Shown one piece after another: positions 27,601 through 41,361 of a DNA stretch of 64,000 nt (within the stretch, counting starts at the first letter, position 1; each line of letters opens with the position of its first letter). This DNA is from Auanema rhodensis (lineage: Eukaryota > Animalia > Nematoda): contig OZ059896.1 in assembly GCA_964057225.1 (NCBI GenBank), positions 496,001 through 560,000 of the forward strand, read 5' to 3'. The notes below the pieces were generated by a model. It did no database searches and was not told the origin of the DNA. It saw only the letters and a program-made list of their open reading frames with translations. The position numbers and the translations under genes were made by a program.

Positions 27601-30600
27601 CGTGTACATTTAATTAGCATAAATTAAAGTTCACGTAAATTTCAAAGTCATGGTTACCATGCACCAATATCAATAAAATTTTGTTTTTAGACTAATATGG
27701 ACATGAGGAATCTAATTTTGAAAACCGCATCTCTTCATCTTTCACGTGAAGCGAGTTACATACCAAGTGCACATCACGTGTACATTTAATTAGCATAAAT
27801 TAAAGTTCACGTAAATTTCAAAGTCATGGTTACCATGCACCAATATCAATAAAAATTTGTTTTTAGACTAATATGGACATGGGGAATCTAATTTTGAAAA
27901 CCGCATCTCTTTATCTTTCGCGTGAAGCGAGTTACATACCAAGTGCACATCACGTGTACATTTAATTAGCATAAATTAAAGTTCACGTAAATTTCAAAGT
28001 CATGGTTACCATGAACCAATATCAATAAAAATTTGTTTTTAGACTAATATGGACATGGGGAATCTAATTTTGAAAACCGCATCTCTTTATCTTTCACGTG
28101 AAGCGAGTTACATACCAAGTGCACATCACGTGTACATTTAATTAGCATAAATTAAAGTTCACGTAAATTTCAAAGTCATGGTTACCATGAACCAATATCA
28201 ATAAAAATTTGTTTTTAGACTAATATGGACATGGGGAATATAATTTTGGAAACCGCATCTCTTTATCTTTCACGTGAAGCGAGTTACATACCAAGTGCAC
28301 ATCACGTGTACATTTAATTAGCATAAATTAAAGTTCACGTAAATTTCAAAGTCATGGTTACCATGAACCAATATCAATAACAATTTGTTTTTAGACTAAT
28401 ATGGACATGGGGAATCTAATTTTGGAAACCGCATCTCTTTATCTTTCACGTGAAGCGAGTTACATACCAAGTGCACATCACGTTTACATTTAATTAGCAT
28501 AAATTAAAGTTCACGTATATTTCAAAGTCTTGGTTACCATGAACTAATATCAATAAAAATTTGTTTTTAGACTAACATGGACATGGGGAATCTAATTTTG
28601 AAAACCGCATCTCTTTATCTTTCACGTGAAGCGAGTTACATACCAAGTGCACATCACGTGTACATTTAATTAGCATAAATTAAAGTTCACGTAAATTTCA
28701 AAGTCATGGTTACCATGAACCAATATCAATAAAAATTTGTTTTTAGACTAATATGGACATGGGGAATCTAATTTTGAAAACCGCATCTCTTTATCTTTCA
28801 CGTGAAGCGAGTTACATACCAAGTGCACATCACGTGTACATTTAATTAGCATAAATTAAAGTTCACGTAAATTTCAAAGTCATGGTTACCATGAACCAAT
28901 ATCAATAAAAATTTGTTTTTAGACTAATATGGACATGGGGAATCTAATTTTGAAAACCGCATCTCTTTATCTTTCACGTGAAGCGAGTTACATACCAAGT
29001 GCACATCACGTGTACATTTAATTAGCATAAATTAAAGTTCACGTAAATTTCAAAGTCATGGTTACCATGAAGCAATATCAATAAAAATTTGTTTTTAGAC
29101 TAATATGGACATGGGGAATCTAATTTTGAAAACCGCATCTCTTTATCTTTCACGTGAAGCGAGTTACATACCAAGTGCACATCACGTGTACATTTAATTA
29201 GCATAAATTAAAGTTCACGTAAATTTCAAAGTCATGGTTACCATGCACCAATATCAATAAAAATTTGTTTTTAGACTAATATGGACATGGGGGATCTAAT
29301 TTTGAAAACCGCATCTCTTTATCTTTCACGTGAAGCGAGTTACATACCAAGTGCACATCACGTGTACATTTAATTAGCATAAATTAAAGTTCACGTAAAT
29401 TTCAAAGTCATGGTTACCATGAACCAATATCAATAAAAATTTGTTTTTAGACTAATATGGACATGAGTAATCTAATTTTGAAAACCGCATCTTTTTATCT
29501 TTCACGTGAAGCGAGTTACATACCAAGTGCACATCACGTGTACATTTAATTAGCATAAATTAATGTTCACGTAAATTTCAAAGTCATGGTTACCATGAAC
29601 CAATATCAATAAAAATTTGTTTTTAGACTAATATGGACATGGGGAATCTAATTTTGAAAACCGCATCTCTTTATCTTTCACGTGAAGCGAGTTACATACC
29701 AAGTGCACATCACGTGTACATTTAATTAGCATAAATTAAAGTTCACGTAAATTTCAAAGTCATGGTTACCATGAACCAATATCAATAAAAATTTGTTTTT
29801 AGACTAATATGGACATGGGTAATCTAATTTTGAAAACCGCATCTCTTTAACTTTCACGTGAAGCGAGTTACATACCAAGTGCACATCACGTGTACATTTA
29901 ATTAGCATAAATTAAAGTTCACGTAAATTTCAAAGTCATGGTTACCATGAACCAATATCAATAAAAATTTGTTTTTAGACTAATATGGACATGGGGAATC
30001 TAATTTTGAAAACCGCATCTCTTTATCTTTCACGTGAAGCGAGTTACATCCCAAGTGCACATCACGTGTACATTTAATTAGCATAAATTAAAGTTCACGT
30101 AAATTTCAAAGTCATGGTTACCATGCACCAATATCAATAAAAATTTGTTTTTAGACTAATATGGACATGGGTAATCTAATTTTGAAAACCGCATCTCTTT
30201 ATCTTTCACGTGAAGCGAGTTACATACCAAGAGCACATCACGTGTACATTTAATTAGCATAAATTAAAGTTCACGTAAATTTCAAAGTCATGGTTACCAT
30301 GCACCAATATCAATAAAAATTTGTTTTTAGACTAATATGGACATGGGGAATCTAATTTTGAAAACCGCATCTCTTTATCTTTCACGTGAAGCGAGTTACA
30401 TACCAAGTGCACATCACGTGTACATTTAATTAGCATAAATTAAAGTTCACGTAAATTTCAAAGTCATGGTTACCATGAACCAATATCAATAAAAATTTGT
30501 TTTTAGACTAATATGGACATGGGGAATCTAATTTTGAAAACCGCATCTCTTTATCTTTCACGTGAAGCGAGTTAGATACCAAGTGCACATCACGTGTACA

Positions 30601-33089
30601 TTTAATTAGCATAAATTAAAGTTCACGTAAATTTCAAAGTCATGGTTACCATGCACCAATATCAATAAAAATTTGTTTTTAGACTAATATGGACATGGGT
30701 AATCTAATTTTGAAAACCGCATCTCTTTATCTTTCACGTGAAGCGAGTTACATACCAAGAGCACATCACGTGTACATTTAATTAGCATAAATTAAAGTTC
30801 ACGTAAATTTCAAAGTCATGGTTACCATGAACCAATATCAATAAAAATTTGTTTTTAGACTAATATGGACATGGGGAATCTAATTTTGAAAACCGCATCT
30901 CTTTATCTTTCACGTGAAGCGAGTTACATACCAAGTGCACATCACGTGTACATTTAATTAGCATAAATTAAAGTTCACGTAAATTTCAAAGTCATGGTTA
31001 CCATGAACCAATATCAATAAAAATTTGTTTTTAGACTAATATGGACATGGGGAATCTAATTTTGAAAACCGCATCTCTTTATCTTTCACGTGAAGCGAGT
31101 TACATACCAAGTGCACATCACGTGTACATTTAATTAGCATAAATTAAAGTTCACGTAAAATTCAAAGTCATGGTTACCATGCACCAATATCAATAAAAAT
31201 TTGTTTTTAGACTAATATGGACATGGGGAATCTAATTTTGAAAACCGCATCTCTTTATCTTTCACGTGAAGCGAGTTACATACCAAGTGCACATCACGTG
31301 TACATTTAATTAGCATAAATTAAAGTTCACGTAAATTTCAAAGTCATGGTTACCATGCACCAATATCAATAAAAATTAGTATTTAGACTAATATGGACAT
31401 GGGGGATCTAATTTTGAAAACCGCATCTCTTTATCTTTCACGTGAAGCGAGTTACATACCAAGTGCACATCACGTGTACATTTAATTAGCATAAATTAAA
31501 GTTCACGTAAATTTCAAAGTCATGGTTACCATGAACCAATATCAATAAAAATTTGTTTTTAGACTAATATGGACATGGGTAATCTAATTTTGAAAACCGC
31601 ATCTCTTTAACTTTCACGTGAAGCGAGTTACATACCAAGTGCACATCACGTGTACATTTAATTAGCATAAATTAAAGTTCACGTAAATTTCAAAGTCATG
31701 GTTACCATGAACCAATATCAATAAAAATTTGTTTTTAGACTAATATGGACATGGGGAATCTAATTTTGAAAACCGCATCTCTTTATCTTTCACGTGAAGC
31801 GAGTTACATACCAAGTGCACATCACGTGTACATTTAATTAGCATAAATTAAAGTTCACGTAAATTTCAAAGTCATGGTTACCATGCACCAATATCAATAA
31901 AAATTTGTTTTTAGACTAATATGGACATGGGGAATCTAATTTTGAAAACCGCATCTCTTTATCTTTCACGTGAAGCGAGTTACATACCAAGTGCACATCA
32001 CGTGTACATTTAATTAGCATAAATTAAAGTTCACGTAAATTTCAAAGTCATGGTTACCATGCACCAATATCAATAAAAATTTGTTTTTAGACTAATATGG
32101 ACATGGGTAATCTAATTTTGAAAACCGCATCTCTTTATCTTTCACGTGAAGCGAGTTACATACCAAGAGCACATCACGTGTACATTTAATTAGCATAAAT
32201 TAAAGTTCACGTAAATTTCAAAGTCATGGTTACCATGCACCAATATCAATAAAAATTTGTTTTTAGACTAATATGGACATGGGTAATCTAATTTTGAAAA
32301 CCGCATCTCTTTATCTTTCACGTGAAGCGAGTTACATACCAAGAGCACATCACGTGTACATTTAATTAGCATAAATTAAAGTTCACGTAAATTTCAAAGT
32401 CATGGTTACCATGCACCAATATCAATAAAAATTTGTTTTTAGACTAATATGGACATGGGGAATCTAATTTTGAAAACCGCATCTCTTTATCTTTCACGTG
32501 AAGCGAGTTACATACCAAGTGCACATCACGTGTACATTTAATTAGCATAAATTAAAGTTCACGTAAATTTCAAAGTCATGGTTACCATGAACCAATATCA
32601 ATAAAAATTTGTTTTTAGACTAATATGGACATGGGGAATCTAATTTTGAAAACCGCATCTCTTTATCTTTCACGTGAAGCGAGTTACATACCAAGTGCAC
32701 ATCACGTGTACATTTAATTAGCATAAATTAAAGTTCACGTAAATTTCAAAGTCATGGTTACCATCAACCAATATCAATAAAAATTTGTTTTTAGACTAAT
32801 ATGGACATGGGGAATCTAATTTTGAAAACCGCATCTCTTTATCTTTCACGTGAAGCGAGTTACATACCAAGTGCACATCACGTGTACATTTAATTAGCAT
32901 AAATTAAAGTTCACGTAAAATTCAAAGTCATGGTTACCATGCACCAATATCAATAAAAATTTGTTTTTAGACTAATATGGACATGGGGAATCTAATTTTG
33001 AAAACCGCATCTCTTTATCTTTCACGTGAAGCGAGTTACATACCAAGTGCACATCACGTGTACATTTAATTAGCATAAATTAAAGTTCA

Positions 33090-35201
33090 CGTAAATTTCA
33101 AAGTCATGGTTACCATGCACCAATATCAATAAAAATTTGTTTTTAGACTAATATGGACATGGGGAATATAATTTTGAAAACCGCATCTCTTTATCTTTCA
33201 CGTGAAGCGAGTTACATACCAAGTGCACATCACGTGTACATTTAATTAGCATAAATTAAAGTTCACGTAAATTTCAAAGTCATGGTTACCATGCACCAAT
33301 ATCAATAAAAATTTGTTTTTAGACTAATATGGACATGGGTAATCTAATTTTGAAAACCGCATCTCTTTAACTTTCACGTGAAGCGAGTTACATACCAAGT
33401 GCACATCACGTGTACATTTAATTAGCATAAATTAAAGTTCACGTAAATTTCAAAGTCATGGTTACCATGAACCAATATCAATAAAAATTTGTTTTTAGAC
33501 TAATATGGACATGGGGAATCTAATTTTGAAAACCGCATCTCTTTATCTTTCACGTGAAGCGAGTTACATACCAAGTGCACATCACGTGTACATTTAATTA
33601 GCATAAATTAAAGTTCACGTAAATTTCAAAGTCATGGTTACCATTAACCAATATCAATAAAAATTTGTTTTTAGACTAATATGGACATGGGGAATCTAAT
33701 TTTGAAAACCGCATCTCTTTATCTTTCACGTGAAGCGAGTTACATACCAAGTGCACATCACGTGTACATTTAATTAGCATAAATTAAAGTTCACGTAAAT
33801 TTCAAAGTCATGGTTACCATTAACCAATATCAATAAAAATTAGTATTTAGACTAATATGGACATGGGGGATCTAATTTTGAAAACCGCATCTCTTTATCT
33901 TTCACGTGAAGCGAGTTACATACCAAGTGCACATCACGTGTACATTTAATTAGCATAAATTAAAGTTCACGTAAATTTCAAAGTCATGGTTACCATGAAC
34001 CAATATCAATAAAAATTTGTTTTTAGACTAATATGGACATGGGTAATCTAATTTTGAAAACCGCATCTCTTTAACTTTCACGTGAAGCGAGTTACATACC
34101 AAGTGCACATCACGTGTACATTTAATTAGCATAAATTAAAGTTCACGTAAATTTCAAAGTCATGGTTACCATGCACCAATATCAATAAAAATTTGTTTTT
34201 AGACTAATATGGACATGGGGAATATAATTTTGAAAACCGCATCTCTTTATCTTTCACGTGAAGCGAGTTACATACCAAGTGCACATCACGTGTACATTTA
34301 ATTAGCATAAATTAAAGTTCACGTAAATTTCAAAGTCATGGTTACCATGCACCAATATCAATAAAAATTTGTTTTTAGACTAATATGGACATGGGAACTC
34401 TAATTTTGAAAACCGCATCTCTTTAACTTTCACGTGAAGCGAGTTACATACCAAGTGCACATCACGTGTACATTTAATTAGCATAAATTAAAGTTCACGT
34501 AAATTTCAAAGTCATGGTTACCATGAACCAATATCAATAAAAATTTGTTTTTAGACTAATATGGACATGGGGAATCTAATTTTGAAAACCGCATCTCTTT
34601 ATCTTTCACGTGAAGCGAGTTACATACCAAGTGCACATCACGTGTACATTTAATTAGCATAAATTAAAGTTCACGTAAATTTCAAAGTCATGGTTACCAT
34701 TAACCAATATCAATAAAAATTTGTTTTTAGACTAATATGGACATGGGGAATCTAATTTTGAAAACCGCATCTCTTTATCTTTCACGTGAAGCGAGTTACA
34801 TACCAAGTGCACATCACGTGTACATTTAATTAGCATAAATTAAAGTTCACGTAAATTTCAAAGTCATGGTTACCATTAACCAATATCAATAAAAATTAGT
34901 ATTTAGACTAATATGGACATGGGGGATCTAATTTTGAAAACCGCATCTCTTTATCTTTCACGTGAAGCGAGTTACATACCAAGTGCACATCACGTGTACA
35001 TTTAATTAGCATAAATTAAAGTTCACGTAAATTTCAAAGTCATGGTTACCATGAACCAATATCAATAAAAATTTGTTTTTAGACTAATATGGACATGGGT
35101 AATCTAATTTTGAAAACCGCATCTCTTTAACTTTCACGTGAAGCGAGTTACATACCAAGTGCACATCACGTGTACATTTAATTAGCATAAATTAAAGTTC
35201 A
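33090..35201. repeat. Tandem 6-monomer duplication (offset 1056)
   Basis: aatata (33168/34224), followed in both copies by a ttaac unit, aac, taac, taac+attagtattt+gggga and aac+gggt+ttaac. The second units differ at the G-run (gggtaatc vs gggaactc). Confidence 0.85.
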
Positions 35202-36257
35202 CGTAAATTTCAAAGTCATGGTTACCATGAACCAATATCAATAAAAATTTGTTTTTAGACTAATATGGACATGGGGAATCTAATTTTGAAAACCGCATCT
35301 CTTTATCTTTCACGTGAAGCGAGTTACATACCAAGTGCACATCACGTGTACATTTAATTAGCATAAATTAAAGTTCACGTAAATTTCAAAGTCATGGTTA
35401 CCATGCACCAATATCAATAAAAATTTGTTTTTAGACTAATATGGACATGGGTAATCTAATTTTGAAAACCGCATCTCTTTATCTTTCACGTGAAGCGAGT
35501 TACATACCAAGAGCACATCACGTGTACATTTAATTAGCATAAATTAAAGTTCACGTAAATTTCAAAGTCATGGTTACCATGCACCAATATCAATAAAAAT
35601 TTGTTTTTAGACTAATATGGACATGGGGAATCTAATTTTGAAAACCGCATCTCTTTATCTTTCACGTGAAGCGAGTTACATACCAAGTGCACATCACGTG
35701 TACATTTAATTAGCATAAATTAAAGTTCACGTAAATTTCAAAGTCATGGTTACCATGCACCAATATCAATAAAAATTTGTTTTTAGACTAATATGGACAT
35801 GGGGAATCTAATTTTGAAAACCGCATCTCTTTAACTTTCACGTGAAGCGAGTTACATACCAAGTGCACATCACGTGTACATTTAATTAGCATAAATTAAA
35901 GTTCACGTAAATTTCAAAGTCATGGTTACCATGAACCAATATCAATAAAAATTTGTTTTTAGACTAATATGGACATGCGGAATCTAATTTTGAAAACCGC
36001 ATCTCTTTATCTTTCACGTGAAGCGAGTTACATACCAAGTGCACATCACGTGTACATTTAATTAGCATAAATTAAAGTTCACGTAAATTTCAAAGTCATG
36101 GTTACCATGAACCAATATCAATAAAAATTTGTTTTTAGACTAATATGGACATGGGGAATCTAATTTTGAAAACCGCATCTCTTTATCTTTCACGTGAAGC
36201 GAGTTACATACCAAGTGCACATCACGTGTACATTTAATTAGCATAAATTAAAGTTCA

Positions 36258-39200
36258 CGTAAAATTCAAAGTCATGGTTACCATGCACCAATATCAATAA
36301 AAATTTGTTTTTAGACTAATATGGACATGGGGAATCTAATTTTGAAAACCGCATCTCTTTAACTTTCACGTGAAGCGAGTTACATACCAAGTGCACATCA
36401 CGTGTACATTTAATTAGCATAAATTAAAGTTCACGTAAATTTCAAAGTCATGGTTACCATGAACCAATATCAATAAAAATTTGTTTTTAGACTAATATGG
36501 ACATGGGGAATCTAATTTTGAAAACCGCATCTCTTTATCTTTCACGTGAAGCGAGTTACATACCAAGTGCACATCACGTCTACATTTAATTAGCATAAAT
36601 TAAAGTTCACGTAAAATTCAAAGTCATGGTTACCATGCACCAATATCAATAAAAATTTGTTTTTAGACTAATATGGACATGGGGAATCTAATTTTGAAAA
36701 CCGCATCTCTTTAACTTTCACGTGAAGCGAGTTACATACCAAGTGCACATCACGTGTACATTTAATTAGCATAAATTAAAGTTCACGTAAATTTCAAAGT
36801 CATGGTTACCATGAACCAATATCAATAAAAATTTGTTTTTAGACTAATATGGACATGGGGAATCTAATTTTGAAAACCGCATCTCTTTATCTTTCACGTG
36901 AAGCGAGTTACATACCAAGTGCACATCACGTGTACATTTAATTAGCATAAATTAAAGTTCACGTAAATTTCAAAGTCATGGTTACCATTAACCAATATCA
37001 ATAAAAATTTGTTTTTAGACTAATATGGACATGGGGAATCTAATTTTGAAAACCGCATCTCTTTATCTTTCACGTGAAGCGAGTTACATACCAAGTGCAC
37101 ATCACGTGTACATTTAATTAGCATAAATTAAAGTTCACGTAAATTTCAAAGTCATGGTTACCATTAACCAATATCAATAAAAATTTGTTTTTAGACTAAT
37201 ATGGACATGGGGAATCTAATTTTGAAAACCGCATCTCTTTAACTTTCACGTGAAGCGAGTTACATACCAAGTGCACATCACGTGTACATTTAATTAGCAT
37301 AAATTAAAGTTCACGTAAATTTCAAAGTCATGGTTACCATGAACCAATATCAATAAAAATTTGTTTTTAGACTAATATGGACATGGGGAATCTAATTTTG
37401 AAAACCGCATCTCTTTATCTTTCACGTGAAGCGAGTTACATACCAAGAGCACATCACGTGTACATTTAATTAGCATAAATTAAAGTTCACGTAAATTTCA
37501 AAGTCATGGTTACCATTAACCAATATCAATAAAAATTTGTTTTTAGACTAATATGGACATGGGGAATCTAATTTTGAAAACCGCATCTCTTTATCTTTCA
37601 CGTGAAGCGAGTTACATACCAAGTGCACATCACGTGTACATTCAATTAGCATAAATTAAAGTTCACGTAAATTTCAAAGTCATGGTTACCATTAACCAAT
37701 ATCAATAAAAATTTGTTTTTAGACTAATATGGACATGGGGAATCTAATTTTGAAAACCGCATCTCTTTATCTTTCACGTGAAGCGAGTTACATACCAAGT
37801 GCACATCACGTGTACATTTAATTAGCATAAATTAAAGTTCACGTAAATTTCAAAGTCATGGTTACCATGAACCAATATCAATAAAAATTTGTTTTTAGAC
37901 TAATATGGACATGGGGAATCTAATTTTGAAAACCGCATCTCTTTATCTTTCACGTGAAGCGAGTTACATACCAAGTGCACATCACGTGTACATTTAATTA
38001 GCATAAATTAAAGTTCACGTAAATTTCAAAGTCATGGTTACCATGAACCAATATCAATAAAAATTTGTTTTTAGACTAATATGGACATGGGGAATCTAAT
38101 TTTGAAAACCGCATCTCTTTATCTTTCACGTGAAGCGAGTTACATACCAAGTGCACATCACGTGTACATTTAATTAGCATAAATTAAAGTTCACGTAAAA
38201 TTCAAAGTCATGGTTACCATGCACCAATATCAATAAAAATTTGTTTTTAGACTAATATGGACATGGGGAATCTAATTTTGAAAACCGCATCTCTTTATCT
38301 TTCACGTGAAGCGAGTTACATACCAAGTGCACATCACGTGTACATTTAATTAGCATAAATTAAAGTTCACGTAAATTTCAAAGTCATGGTTACCATGCAC
38401 CAATATCAATAAAAATTAGTATTTAGACTAATATGGACATGGGGGATCTAATTTTGAAAACCGCATCTCTTTATCTTTCACGTGAAGCGAGTTACATACC
38501 AAGTGCACATCACGTGTACATTTAATTAGCATAAATTAAAGTTCACGTAAATTTCAAAGTCATGGTTACCATGAACCAATATCAATAAAAATTTGTTTTT
38601 AGACTAATATGGACATGGGTAATCTAATTTTGAAAACCGCATCTCTTTAACTTTCACGTGAAGCGAGTTACATACCAAGTGCACATCACGTGTACATTTA
38701 ATTAGCATAAATTAAAGTTCACGTAAATTTCAAAGTCATGGTTACCATGCACCAATATCAATAAAAATTTGTTTTTAGACTAATATGGACATGGGGAATC
38801 TAATTTTGAAAACCGCATCTCTTTAACTTTCACGTGAAGCGAGTTACATACCAAGTGCACATCACGTGTACATTTAATTAGCATAAATTAAAGTTCACGT
38901 AAAATTCAAAGTCATGGTTACCATGCACCAATATCAATAAAAATTTGTTTTTAGACTAATATGGACATGGGGAATCTAATTTTGAAAACCGCATCTCTTT
39001 AACTTTCACGTGAAGCGAGTTACATACCAAGTGCACATCACGTGTACATTTAATTAGCATAAATTAAAGTTCACGTAAATTTCAAAGTCATGGTTACCAT
39101 GAACCAATATCAATAAAAATTTGTTTTTAGACTAATATGGACATGGGGAATCTAATTTTGAAAACCGCATCTCTTTATCTTTCACGTGAAGCGAGTTACA

Positions 39201-41361
39201 TACCAAGTGCACATCACGTCTACATTTAATTAGCATAAATTAAAGTTCACGTAAAATTCAAAGTCATGGTTACCATGCACCAATATCAATAAAAATTTGT
39301 TTTTAGACTAATATGGACATGGGGAATCTAATTTTGAAAACCGCATCTCTTTAACTTTCACGTGAAGCGAGTTACATACCAAGTGCACATCACGTGTACA
39401 TTTAATTAGCATAAATTAAAGTTCACGTAAATTTCAAAGTCATGGTTACCATGAACCAATATCAATAAAAATTTGTTTTTAGACTAATATGGACATGGGG
39501 AATCTAATTTTGAAAACCGCATCTCTTTATCTTTCACGTGAAGCGAGTTACATACCAAGTGCACATCACGTGTACATTTAATTAGCATAAATTAAAGTTC
39601 ACGTAAATTTCAAAGTCATGGTTACCATTAACCAATATCAATAAAAATTTGTTTTTAGACTAATATGGACATGGGGAATCTAATTTTGAAAACCGCATCT
39701 CTTTATCTTTCACGTGAAGCGAGTTACATACCAAGTGCACATCACGTGTACATTTAATTAGCATAAATTAAAGTTCACGTAAATTTCAAAGTCATGGTTA
39801 CCATTAACCAATATCAATAAAAATTTGTTTTTAGACTAATATGGACATGGGGAATCTAATTTTGAAAACCGCATCTCTTTAACTTTCACGTGAAGCGAGT
39901 TACATACCAAGTGCACATCACGTGTACATTTAATTAGCATAAATTAAAGTTCACGTAAATTTCAAAGTCATGGTTACCATGAACCAATATCAATAAAAAT
40001 TTGTTTTTAGACTAATATGGACATGGGGAATCTAATTTTGAAAACCGCATCTCTTTATCTTTCACGTGAAGCGAGTTACATACCAAGAGCACATCACGTG
40101 TACATTTAATTAGCATAAATTAAAGTTCACGTAAATTTCAAAGTCATGGTTACCATTAACCAATATCAATAAAAATTTGTTTTTAGACTAATATGGACAT
40201 GGGGAATCTAATTTTGAAAACCGCATCTCTTTATCTTTCACGTGAAGCGAGTTACATACCAAGTGCACATCACGTGTACATTTAATTAGCATAAATTAAA
40301 GTTCACGTAAATTTCAAAGTCATGGTTACCATTAACCAATATCAATAAAAATTTGTTTTTAGACTAATATGGACATGGGGAATCTAATTTTGAAAACCGC
40401 ATCTCTTTATCTTTCACGTGAAGCGAGTTACATACCAAGTGCACATCACGTGTACATTTAATTAGCATAAATTAAAGTTCACGTAAATTTCAAAGTCATG
40501 GTTACCATGAACCAATATCAATAAAAATTTGTTTTTAGACTAATATGGACATGGGGAATCTAATTTTGAAAACCGCATCTCTTTATCTTTCACGTGAAGC
40601 GAGTTACATACCAAGTGCACATCACGTGTACATTTAATTAGCATAAATTAAAGTTCACGTAAATTTCAAAGTCATGGTTACCATGAACCAATATCAATAA
40701 AAATTTGTTTTTAGACTAATATGGACATGGGGAATCTAATTTTGAAAACCGCATCTCTTTATCTTTCACGTGAAGCGAGTTACATACCAAGTGCACATCA
40801 CGTGTACATTTAATTAGCATAAATTAAAGTTCACGTAAAATTCAAAGTCATGGTTACCATGCACCAATATCAATAAAAATTTGTTTTTAGACTAATATGG
40901 ACATGGGGAATCTAATTTTGAAAACCGCATCTCTTTATCTTTCACGTGAAGCGAGTTACATACCAAGTGCACATCACGTGTACATTTAATTAGCATAAAT
41001 TAAAGTTCACGTAAATTTCAAAGTCATGGTTACCATGCACCAATATCAATAAAAATTAGTATTTAGACTAATATGGACATGGGGGATCTAATTTTGAAAA
41101 CCGCATCTCTTTATCTTTCACGTGAAGCGAGTTACATACCAAGTGCACATCACGTGTACATTTAATTAGCATAAATTAAAGTTCACGTAAATTTCAAAGT
41201 CATGGTTACCATGAACCAATATCAATAAAAATTTGTTTTTAGACTAATATGGACATGGGTAATCTAATTTTGAAAACCGCATCTCTTTAACTTTCACGTG
41301 AAGCGAGTTACATACCAAGTGCACATCACGTGTACATTTAATTAGCATAAATTAAAGTTCA
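36258..41361. repeat. Tandem 15-monomer higher-order duplication (offset 2640; 14 units match)
   Basis: cacgtc (36580/39220), aagagc (about 37447/40087), attagtattt (about 38418/41058) and the taac alleles all recur at +2640. One private change (ttcaatt, about 37643) is in the first copy only. Confidence 0.9.
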
